From positions 2,696,822-2,754,619 of the forward strand of contig BFEA01000030.1 in assembly GCA_003427395.1 (NCBI GenBank): a stretch of DNA of 57,798 nt, in the 5' to 3' direction. Source of the DNA: Chara braunii (lineage: Eukaryota > Plantae > Charophyceae). Positions 22,877-32,849 of this stretch are shown one piece after another. Both the position numbers and the translations under genes were made by a program. Position 1 is the stretch's first letter. Every line of letters starts with the position of its first letter. A model generated the notes under the pieces. The model was not told the origin of the DNA, searched no databases, and saw nothing but the letters and a program-made list of their open reading frames with translations.

Positions 22877-23045
22877 GGTTGGGTTGCGAAGAGGGCCCAT
22901 AAGCAGGTCCCTCAGTTTGAGTTGTGTCGCGGTTGAGTTGCGAAGAGGGCCCATAAGCAGATCCCTCAGTTTGAGTTGTGTCGTGGTTGGGTTGTGGAGA
23001 GGACTCATAAGTAGGCCTCTAAGTTTGAGTTGTCTTATGGTTGAG
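22877..23045. repeat. Three copies of a 54-bp tandem repeat
   Basis: GGTTGRGTTGCGAAGAGGGCCCATAAGCAGRTCCCTCAGTTTGAGTTGTGTCG at 22877, 22931 and 22985 (third copy more diverged). Confidence 0.85.
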
Positions 23046-25064
23046 ACCCCTTCAGATTAAGGAAGGTGGTAATGTAGGTTATTGGGAGACTCATCTCCAG
23101 AAGGAAGGTGTTTTAAGAAGGGTCGCGTGATAGCCCATCCTAAAGAGAGAGGGATGGCTGGGAGACCTATTGGGAGGGACCTCCTTCGTGTGAAAGGTGG
23201 CTAACAGATTTAAGGGCATGATAAGCAAAGTTTGAGTTGATAAAGTCTGACGAAAGGAACCAGAATTACGGATTGGATCATTGGTGGAATTGAGAAGGTC
23301 GCAAGTCAGTGCATAGTCGTGGGATATGTGATCTGTTGTCTCTGATCAAGTCAACGGGCCACGGCCTTGTGTGTGAGCCTGGCAGTGGACCTGTTTGTGA
23401 TTGTGAAAAGGAGCCATGCCTTCTATGGCGTCCCATAGGGAGCTGGTAAACGTTTTTAAAGTGAGACAGACCCCTGCGTAGTCCCGCAGTGGGCCTGTAG
23501 TCTGTTTTGCGACGCACCGTCTAGACACTTGTGCTAATCCCAAGGCATATTAAGGAATACCAAGCTAAATGGTAAAGGTTAGCACCTCTAGGGCGCAACC
23601 CCTATTGGATGACTGCAACCCAACACAACCTGGTTGCGGGCCCACGTCTACCAACAGGGTAAGAGTTTAAGGGGTTATGCATGCCCCAGAGAAATTACCC
23701 CGGTGGGATGGCGGGGGATATGAGTCGAGACTTTGGGTAGTCCTGATTCAATGCTTATCAGGAGAAAACCTATCGTTGCATAACCAACGAAGGAACTGCC
23801 GTTAAAATAACAATGCGGTAGGCCGTAGATCTGGCTTGATCAACCAGACTATGGTGGACCGAGATGGAGACCTAGCACTTCTTTACTAGACAGCAGAAGA
23901 GGCGGAGATGAAATTTGAGTACATATATATGTATATATGCCTGATTGGGAGGGTTTCGGCGAGGAAGGCGAGAGTGCCTTCTGAGGTCTCGTTTAAGGCC
24001 TGCGTCCCTGGGTATGACTCTGCTTACGAGAAGGAGTCTAACAGGGGCACTCAATGAGAAGCCGGCGTTTGTCTAGGACGAAGGAGAGAGGACGGTTTAG
24101 AGGGCCTTTGGAACTTATGTTGTAGTATCGATGTGTAATACACAAGAGTCCTAGTGTCAGGACGATGGAGACTCAGGTAAAAACCCTGGCGGCATATAGT
24201 TGTGTGGGGACGGATTGTTGGAGGCCTCGAACCTGAGTCTGTTTGCTAATCGGATTGGTTCCTTTCTCGTCAGCATTTGGAGTGCGGATGAATTTATAGC
24301 TTCTGATTTAGCGAAGCGACGGGGACGTCACTTAATAGGGTCCGGTAAGTTGTCAGCGCGAATACCCTTACAAGGGTATCCGCCCTGGGTTTTGCAAGTG
24401 ACAGAGATTAAGTTTGAGTTGGAATTTTTGAGTAGACTGCGTGAGTTGTAGCAGTCTATCGGCTGAAAGTTTGACTAGAATGTCTAGAAGCAGAGAGTGA
24501 GTGGGCGCGCGAGTTTAAGGCGCGCGTGATATTTTTTTATTTTTTTTTATTTTTTTGATGACTGAAGGGTTGGCGTGATCCCCGGCCGGAGCCTTTTTCT
24601 GCTGGTTACTTATTTTTTGATTAAGCTAGGATTAAAAAAATTACGTCCGTTGATTAGTGTGCTTACCTGTGACCTATGCGTATGTGCGGAGGACGGCATC
24701 TAAACCGAGAAGGCTTCGAAGTATTTGTGGTAGGTCTACGCTTTGCGTAGGATAGGTTTGATTTAGGTGTCCGTTAGAGCTAGACCCTGTTTGGGCCTAG
24801 CGCTAGCAGTTGCAGTGGCGGATGTTCATCAAAGAGTTTCAGGGATCGAGATCGAGCGGCGGCAACTCGCGGATATCAGAGTAACGCGGAGGAGACCAAG
24901 CGGTTGGCCGCGGCGACGCGGGGCTATCCTACTTGGTCTACATTGGAGGTGTCGGAATGTTGCTAGCATATCCTGACGATTAGAAAATCATAAAACTATT
25001 TTATTATTGTCATAATTTTTATTTTTATGCGTCAGGCGCTCCTTGACTTGGACGCTACGTCAGG

Positions 25065-25393
25065 GTTAATGGCCGGCGCGGCGACCGAGGACCTTGAGCG
25101 TGCGCCTCTTTCGGCGGGCCTGTTCGGGTCCTGCGCGTACGGGATGCTGGTGGAATTCCTCGGCCTTGCCCGTCTCGAAGCACGGACCAAGGAGTCAATG
25201 TGCATACAGGCCGGCGGGTGGGTAGTGCCAAGTCGAAGGAAACATGGGTGGCGCGGGCCATTTGTGGGCGTGCCGCCCACCAGACACGAGTCTATTGCGG
25301 GAGGGTTGAGTGCGTGCGTGCCCACTAGGACATAAAAATGGCGGGGCTTGCATCAGGGCAGGCCACGGACTGTAAGGGCCGCCCGCACGATGC
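25065..25393 (+). pseudogene. Diverged 25S rRNA-derived segment inside the 3' LTR
   Basis: Same LSU motif at 25169-25196; counterpart of 14440-14770. Confidence 0.8.
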
Positions 25394-26259
25394 CCTTTCC
25401 CCACTGCGGCCTTCAGAGTCCCCCTCTGAGCATCTGTTGTTGCCACCGAGAGCCGTACCGAGGCTGATTCATCAAGGCCCGTGCTCCAAGGTAGGCCATA
25501 GAGCAGGCCGCATCCTCAGTCCGCGGCCAGCCGTATGAGTGGGGCCTGGTTGTTGGGAGCCCGAGGGCGCAACGGGCTCTGAGCAGCGTAGGAAAGGCTG
25601 TGGCGACAGCCTCCCAGGGAATGACCGAACGGCCGGAGGGGCTGGTCGGGCGGCGCAGCACAGAGCAACGGCAGAATGGGTGGTGGAAGACGGCGGGCGG
25701 ACCTGGACGGGGAACCGCACCGGGTGCATGCGCGGAAGGGCCAGCGGTATGTCCCGAGGCAGTGGGCGACGGGCCGGAGGGAGCAGGCTGGAGGCTATAA
25801 CGGGCCGTAGCGGACTGGTAGCGGAACCAGCCGGGTGCAAGGCTGTCGGCCAGGTTGTCGGCCACTGCGTAGGGGTGAAGGACTATTTGGGCCGCCCGAC
25901 GGGAAGTCTTACTAAGTGCTACAGTCGTCGCGCAGGCCTCAGACGGGTGGGCATTGTCGGGTTGAAGAAAGCGAGGAGCGCAGCGGTGAGAGGGGGCAGG
26001 AAGGAAGCGGATGAACCTGGCCAACGAATCGCGCTAGGTGCGTGCACGTTGGGGAACGGGGATTGGCAGAGGAGTGAGGACGAGGTGACCGAGCGGGCGC
26101 TGCATAGAGCGGAGGTGAGGAGGACGAGGCCGGCGGATAGACCACAGCGGGGTGCTGCCGGGACGTTGAGGTGAGTGAACCGAGACGTAGGCCTGCACCA
26201 AGTGCTTTCGGGGATGGAAATGGCAGAAAAGGGGATCGGGCGCAGTCAGGGGAACTTAG

Positions 26260-27165
26260 CTCGCTCGATTCGTAACGGAATCGAGCGGGAAAGATCACTA
26301 TTTTAGGGGGTTTGTGGTCATGTGAGCGTGATAGTTGGGTTAGATTTGGCATTAGAGTAGCGGAATAGGAGTTAGAGGTGAAAGAGGGTGCAACGAGCTA
26401 TGGTGGAGGGGAGGAAAGACGGAGGGAGAAATCGAGATGCCACTCGATTCCTGATGGAATCGAGTGAGGAGGGTGCCAAAGTTGGGGTTTAAGGGAGATG
26501 CGAAATCAAATTCGTCGTTAGTTGGGGCGATCAGTGAGTATATAAAAAGGGTAGGAAGAAAGTTAGTGCGTGGGAACTTTGTGAAAGTGGCTATGGCCGA
26601 ATGAGGAAAGCGAAGGTCTCGCTCGTTTCCTGATGAAAACGAGCGAGCGTGGAGTCATTTCGGAGGCTATGAGGGAGGGCGAACCCTTATGTGATGTTAG
26701 ATTAGGAAGATGGTTAGTGTATGAGCAGTTAGAAGTGAGAGGGGCCGTGCTGAGCTATGGCGGAAAAGCGAGCATGGTGAAATGAAAGTCACGTAGTTTC
26801 CTCGATTCTTAGCAGAATCGAACAAACTGAGAGGCATTTTGGGGGTTCTGGAGATCGGCGAGGCTGAATACGAAGTTAGATTTAGTAGAGAGTTAGCGTA
26901 GAGGAAGTTAGTAAGAAGGGGGCCTGCGCGGAGAGTCGGGGGAGAGAGCGACAGCGGGAACTAAAAACGAGTATCCTGCTCGTTCCTACACGGAATCAAG
27001 CAAGGTAGGAGGGTAAGCAGAAGTTTGTGGATACTACGAATCCGATGACGTGGTCGGATTAGTTGAGGGTGAGGATTCATTGCCGTGCGGTCCGCAGACT
27101 GCGACGGGGGGGGGGTGAGCTCGAAAAACAGAATGTATCCGCCTGTGTTCTAGCGGAATATTCAT
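26260..27165. repeat. Diverged 179-bp tandem array anchored on the palindrome CTCGATTC-N6-GAATCGAG
   Basis: Palindromes start at 26264, 26443, 26622, 26801 and 26979, with a degenerate sixth near 27143. Weak shared motifs between them (GTTAGATT, GCTATGG). Confidence 0.85.
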
Positions 27166-28789
27166 TCGATTTTGTTCATCGCTGGAGGTAGTGAGAAGGT
27201 GGCTGTGCGTTGGAAACCCACCTGTTAGCCGGTGCGTCGCTCCGCCAGCCGATGGAAGAATCCCCTTCGCTCTGCCCCTCGAGTAGGCACTCGACAGTTT
27301 TCGTGCACCCGACTATGTCTTAAGTGAGAGATTCATCCGATCTTGCTCGTCGTATCACCGGTGACAGTGGGAGGCCGACTGCAGGGTTGGGGACTTACCT
27401 GGTAGGGGGCCGCTCGGGTCGGGATGTCTGTGCTGCCTAGCTCAGTAGGCAGCAGTCTGCGGAGTCCTATCGTGATGTGAGATGGCCGGGTGCTGATTTG
27501 CCCCGTGTTGGAGATGTGGACGTTCCCGACTGGGCTCTGCTGCTACCCTGCTGCCCGTGCCCGGTTGCCTTCACCAGAGGTTCCTTGCAGAGCGATGTGC
27601 GCGCTGTACGGTGTAGCCGTATTGCTGCTATTGCCACGTGCTCTGCCGCTTCGCTATCGTGCCGTCCGTGGTTGCTGCTCGTGCACCTGGGGGTTGGTTG
27701 CCTTGCTGTTGGTGCCCTGTGCCGCACTGTTGCCCCTGGCACGGCCGGTACTACGCCATTTCTGAGTTATTTGTGGCCCATCAGGTGGGAGGAGGCAGCG
27801 ATTGTGTTGTTGCGCACGGCCGCCCGGGCTTGGGCTGTTCGATGTGGTGTGCTGCTACGGTGCCTTTCCTTGTTGCACACAAGTGTTGAACGCGCTGGGG
27901 CATTAGCGTTATTGCCATTGCCACTGCATTTCGGGCGTTGTGCGGTTACAGCGAAGTGCTAGACTGTTGCTGGGTATAATTACTAGACATAGTTGTTGGG
28001 CACCAATGTTGAGCGGACTGGTTTAGCCATTGAAGGTTAACTTTTTAGGCTGTGTAGCGGCAGACCGGTCAAAAGCTACAGCGAGAGAATAAGGGAGGAG
28101 GGGGCGTACTCTATGGAACTCAGTCTGACTAGGCTGTGTAGTGAGGGTTTGGACTAGGGACGCGGCATCGTAGCTTGAGGAAGAGGCGCTATTGCTGCGA
28201 ACTAGGAGGTCATCAGAAAGTCAGCAACTAGCGGTTTGACTTCAGTTGACCAGCGACCGCGTGCTTTGGTCATCATTGCGGGGCCCTCAGGCGACTGAAG
28301 GTATCAAGGCCCTCTCGCACGAGTTTGAGGGCACCCTTCTTGTATCTGAGCGACTCAAACTTTCTCTCTCTGCCCCTCTTACTCTAAGTCTAGTCTGTTG
28401 GTTCTGAGAGGAAGGCGGCAGGCGGGATTGCAACCCGTAATCCGCGCCAAGGCATTCGTGGGAGGCCCGCCCCACTGATTGCGGGAGCTCTGCCGGGACT
28501 CAGGAGAAGTCCTGGAGGCAGGGAACTGAGTGGTAATTCCCTGACTCCGCTTATAAACCCAACTATAACCCCTATCTGTACGTTCTTCTATGGTTTGACA
28601 GGGTGTATTGCGTGAATCCTGTACTCTAATCTTGGTTTGACTTTCAGGACTTGAACTCAGTTGAAGTAAAGGAATGCGTGTGAAATGTCAGTTTCAGAGT
28701 TGTTGGTTGCCTGAAAGCAGATTATGAACAAAAAGGGTTGCATCTGGGGAAAGGTTGGGAGGAAGGTAGTATTGTGTGCGGGCTGATTG

Positions 28790-29300
28790 GGTCGTTAAGG
28801 CTGGGAGGTCCCCATAAGTTTGGGGNAGCCCAGCGCTTTGTTTATTTTGGTTTGCATGAAGCATCAGGCNGCTCTATAAGTTTAGGTAGCCTGAAGCTCT
28901 GAGGCTGGGAAGTTCCCATAAGTTTGGGGAGACCTGGTGCTGTGAGTTGCGTGGAGGGTCAGGACGCTCTATACGTTTAGGTGTCCTGACTGCTCTGACT
29001 TGCGAGGAGCTTGACTGCGATTGACTTTCAGGAACTCGGGGCGCTCAATAAGTTTTGGTGCCTTGGGTTGCCTTGTTTTCTTTGGGTTTTCTTAGGCTTC
29101 TTTGTTTTTCAAGGGAGGGGCCGAGCTGTTCTGTAAGTTTAGGTGGCTCTGTCTCTTCCTGCAATTGTTTTAAGGGGATGAACCTGACAAAGGGCAGACC
29201 CTTCTGTAAGTTCAGGGGGTTTTACTGGATGCCACACACATGAAGGCTCAGAGAGAAAGGAACCAGGTGGAGAGGCAGACCCTTCTGTAAGTTCAGGGGG
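28790..29300. repeat. Degenerate short subrepeats (~50-100 bp spacing) with core CYRTAAGTTYRGG
   Basis: About eight recurrences, such as CCCATAAGTTTGGGG, CTCTATAAGTTTAGG and TCTGTAAGTTCAGGGG; further copies near 29400, 29670 and 29720. Confidence 0.65.
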
Positions 29301-32300
29301 TTTAACTCAAAGCCTCGCACATGCTGGAACCCAATGAGTATAAATTGACTATTCTGTATTACTATTCTATCTACGAACAGGCTAGTCAGGCGCGGGCTCC
29401 ATAAGATTGGACAGCCTAACTGTAGCTTATCGTAATTCGAAGAGAGTATAATCAAGAGGTATAAATGAAGGTAAACTTGGGCAGGCTGAACAACGTTCTA
29501 GGATGAGCGGCTCAGCCCTATGTCCATTTGGAAGACTAAGTGCAGAAAGGTATATATAACTTGGCTATTTAAACAGTTCAGGGCGACTAGAGTGGTCTAG
29601 TCATGTGCCCAAAGGGGAAGAAGTAGTAGTGCCCTCTGTTTGTGTATACTTGGCTAAGTCAAAACGCTCTATAAGTTTAGGTATTCTGACTTTAGACCTG
29701 GCTAAGTTGGGCGCGCTCTGTAAGTTCAGGTGGCCTGACCTATGCCTTATGTAACTTGGGTATAATGGGATAACTCATAGAGGGAGCATGAACTATAATT
29801 TGTTAAAAGACTTGGGATGGTGATAGTACTTACCTTTGTGGTTTGGCCTGCATGCCACCGAGTGAGGCTACTACTTGGTCTGAGTTTCATGTAGATAGGT
29901 AGTTCCTTTAGTCGCTCGCTACGTACTAGAGTTGTAGGAGTTAGTTTCAATTCCTGCATTTTCTGAGCTAAGTTTTTTTTTCACTTAGATCAATTTTCTC
30001 ATTTTCTGAGGTCTTTTGTTATACTTGGCCTTGTATAAATTTTGGTAAGCTACTTTCTCTACGGGAAGCGTTGCCAAAATTTTTACAGAACTAAGGAGTT
30101 AGTCATTTTTTTGACTTTTCAAAGTTCAACTTGTCTAAAGTTCATACATGGCTTAGTAAAAATCTGGAAAGTCTCATTTTCTAAAGCGAGTGCTGCCCAA
30201 ATTTTTGCTAATTCAGGGTGTTAGACAAAATCGGATCTTGGAAATTCAAAGACTATTTCTGTTTTCATATTCGGACTGATATAAATTTTCAAAAGACATT
30301 TTTCCTACGGGAAGCGCTGCCGAAATGCTTGATTTAGAGGAGTTAGATTATATTTTGACAGGTTTTGATTCTGGCAATTCATCCTGAATAGGGGAGATTC
30401 TGCCATTAGTCTACCTTTGTTTTGGGCACTAGCTTAGAGGCAGACTTAGACTTAGTTGGCGGGTAACTTTGAGTGAGAATGTGCTATGGAGGTTCATCCC
30501 CCATATGCTGATGATTTAGCTTGGGCATTGACCTGTCTTATGGTACAGGCCTCTCTTGGACATTCGATTCGGGACTTGGACTAGATTCAGCTTGATCCTA
30601 AGGGGATCATCTTCTGTTATCACTGATAACAGGTCGGTTGACGATTCGTCGGTTTACGATTCAACTCCAATTCACTCCTGCCACTCAACCTAAAGGCTTT
30701 AGCCTCGTGATTGAACTGTTTTGTTGTGTTTTCACCCGGACTTTATTGAATGGTCATCCAACAAAAGTACTGAGTATTTATTTGAGAGTTTCACGAGTGA
30801 GGCTTGTATGGCTAAAGCGAGGGACATGAGTGTAAGGAATGGTTGAAGTTGACCCCATGTAGTGCGTTGACTTTTGATTTAATCTTTGATGTGATTGCAG
30901 GTATGGTTGTGGTTCGGCTTCCGGATGTGGCTGCCTGCGATTACATACATATATGGTTGAGAGGAGTCTCACTGTGACTGTGAGAAGTGATTGTCCTATA
31001 TAAATAAGCCTTATGTATATAGTTATATGTATCTTAGGTATGTGCGCGACTTACTTAGATCGTGCACAAGGGTTAACCAGACTATGACTTGAGAGAAAAA
31101 GGGAGATCCCCTTTTATCCTTTGCTTCTTAAAGATTTTCATGGTCGGACGTTGATCCTGGGTCAAGATTCAAGGTTTTTTTCCAGGACATCCCAAACCCT
31201 AGGCTCTACAGGGAAGGAATCTGCCCCCGTGCAAAGCCTAGTTGCCTTGCCTTCCAAGATGCCCATACCAAAGCCGGAGGTCTCACGGCGGCTGCACGAC
31301 TATTCCTTCAGTCGTGCAATGTCGTGAAGGATTAGACCCTCACGACACTTCGAGTCTGACACTTGAGTGTCATAAGCGGTACTCGGAGGACCGCTTGATT
31401 ATGGGCACTACATAGTACGCCATCATTGCGACTGCTTGTGTACGCTTGCATTGCGAGGCGGTATGAGTCAGCCCTGCGTCCGTGCGGTTTTATACTGATT
31501 CTCGCGCACGACGCTTATCCGATTTCCGCGTTGGAAAGTTATGAGATGGCTACTGAGGGACTAAGAGCGTTGTCGCGTGTTTGTGTTGCGTCGTTTGTGC
31601 GTATGTGTGTGTGCGTTTTTGTTTTTGTGTTCGTAAAGTGGTGTGCGCGTGGTGTGTGGGATGCATCCTAGTCGACTGACGACGGGCCACGCTTGGGACT
31701 TCAGCCCCCCAAGATATCGGTTCGCGTGCAGGGCCGATAGGCGTATTACCGCGCGTACCCCCTATGCTACAGCGAACGAGAAACGCCCTCGGCTGGTCCA
31801 CCTCTGCGATCGCAATTGATTAGCTTTTGTACAGTGGACTGGTAGCTCGACGGGGATACGCCCACCGATGGGAGGTGATAGCTCCCGTAAGGTGGAGGTA
31901 AGTTGTGCCTCGCGTAGGCCCCATCCTGTCGTAGGGGCTTGCGAGAGGTATGGCTGGCGCACTCGGCCGGAGCGGCCTAAGGAAGTTCCATTTGTGTGTT
32001 CGAGGCAAGGTTGGTCCAACTCCTGTGTGACGCGGCCGAGAGGGTCCCGCGCCGCCACGTGCGGTGCCGGACCGATGCGCTCGACACCGCTCCCCAGGTG
32101 TTAGTGGTGTCTGCTCTTATCAGCATCACTAACACAGACTGGGTCCTGCTCAAAATGCTGTCACCGGAGGCCACATCCCTGCATGACAGGATCCTGCCTC
32201 TGCATTGGGAAGAAATCAGGAGGCTGATCATCGGGAACGACCAAATAACTAAGACAGTTAACTACTATGACACCCCAGATAAGGTGGGCTGGAAACAGGT

Positions 32301-32594
32301 GGGTAAGGTAGTGGTTAAGCTACCAGTACTTGGCCCAGCTATCGATGCCGAGCCTGAATATGCCCTGCGCGCCGTTTCGCGCCAACCCGCCAGCAAAACA
32401 AAACAAAAAAATATTTTGGCTGGTGGCGTCAGCCTTTCAGCTCTGGTACCCCGGGCCTCCTAAACTTGCGGGGCGTTAACGACAATATCCCACAACCGAC
32501 ATATGGGCCAAGTACTGGTGGTTTAACACTGGTCTTTGGAAGACTCCAACTGCAATGGGGATTCAAACTCTGAGTCCAGCAGGGTCTGTGAGGA

Positions 32595-32720
32595 GGTCTA
32601 TAACCTGTTGCTGAGGCTCCCTCCACAAGGGCAGGGTAAGGAGTCTGTACAGGGGTTCATAGCCCTGCGTTGTACGGACTCCGTATCCTTGCCTTGTGGA
32701 GGGAGCCTCAACAACAGACC
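32595..32720. other. Long imperfect inverted repeat (fold-back, ~50-bp stem)
   Basis: CTGTTGCTGAGGCTCCCTCCACAAGG..GGAGTCTGTACA pairs with TGTACGGACTCC..CCTTGTGGAGGGAGCCTCAACAACAG. Confidence 0.85.
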
Positions 32721-32800
32721 TTTTTTTTTTTTTTTAATAAAAATTGCTCCATTCTATTCGTGGGGAGCATCACGTGCTGGGGACCGGGCCCAATGTCCCT
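32721..32800 (-). repeat. Short poly(A)-tailed stem-loop repeat, possibly a retroposon 3' end
   Basis: Minus strand AGGGACATTGGGCCCGGTCCCCAGCACGTGATGCTCCCCACGAATAGAATGGAGCA followed by A15; homologous to the copies at 41300 and 13671. Confidence 0.6.
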
Positions 32801-32849
32801 TATAATGAAAATACATTAATGATTGACAATTGATGAAAATTTAGGATGA

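Larger units (their letters stand above)
13727..32086 (+). mobile_element. Giant non-autonomous LTR retroelement (LARD-like), 18,360 bp
   Basis: TGTC...GACA LTR pair; CCGC duplicated at 13723-13726 and 32087-32090; tRNA-Asp PBS; no gag or pol motifs in the 6.1-kb interior. The rejoined flanks match the uninterrupted homolog at 41300-41400. Confidence 0.92.
24351..32086 (+). repeat. 3' LTR (7,736 bp)
   Basis: TGTCAGCG...CGCTCGACA followed by the TSD CCGC; direct repeat of 13727-18232 plus an extra ~3.2 kb. Confidence 0.92.

Noticed and set aside
26260-27165. CRISPR array
   Set aside because: Repeats are not identical, spacers are ~155 bp and mutually related, there are no cas genes, and the context is a eukaryotic LTR.
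27393-27410. U1 snRNA 5' end (ACTTACCTGGTAGGGG)
   Set aside because: No U1 stem-loops or Sm site follow; it is equally the reverse complement of a splice donor.
13727-32086. rDNA intergenic spacer or orphon interpretation (25S pieces, subrepeats, ETS-like region, then CTACCT resembling the 18S start near 18260)
   Set aside because: TG..CA termini, TSD and PBS define an LTR element. No 25S 3' end or 18S sequence is present, and CTACCT is the loop of a hairpin next to the PBS.
32745-32805. Twister or HDV-like ribozyme assignment for the short stem-loop motif
   Set aside because: CCGGTCCCCAGC resembles both, but the required pseudoknot partners are missing and it is not conserved in the other copies.
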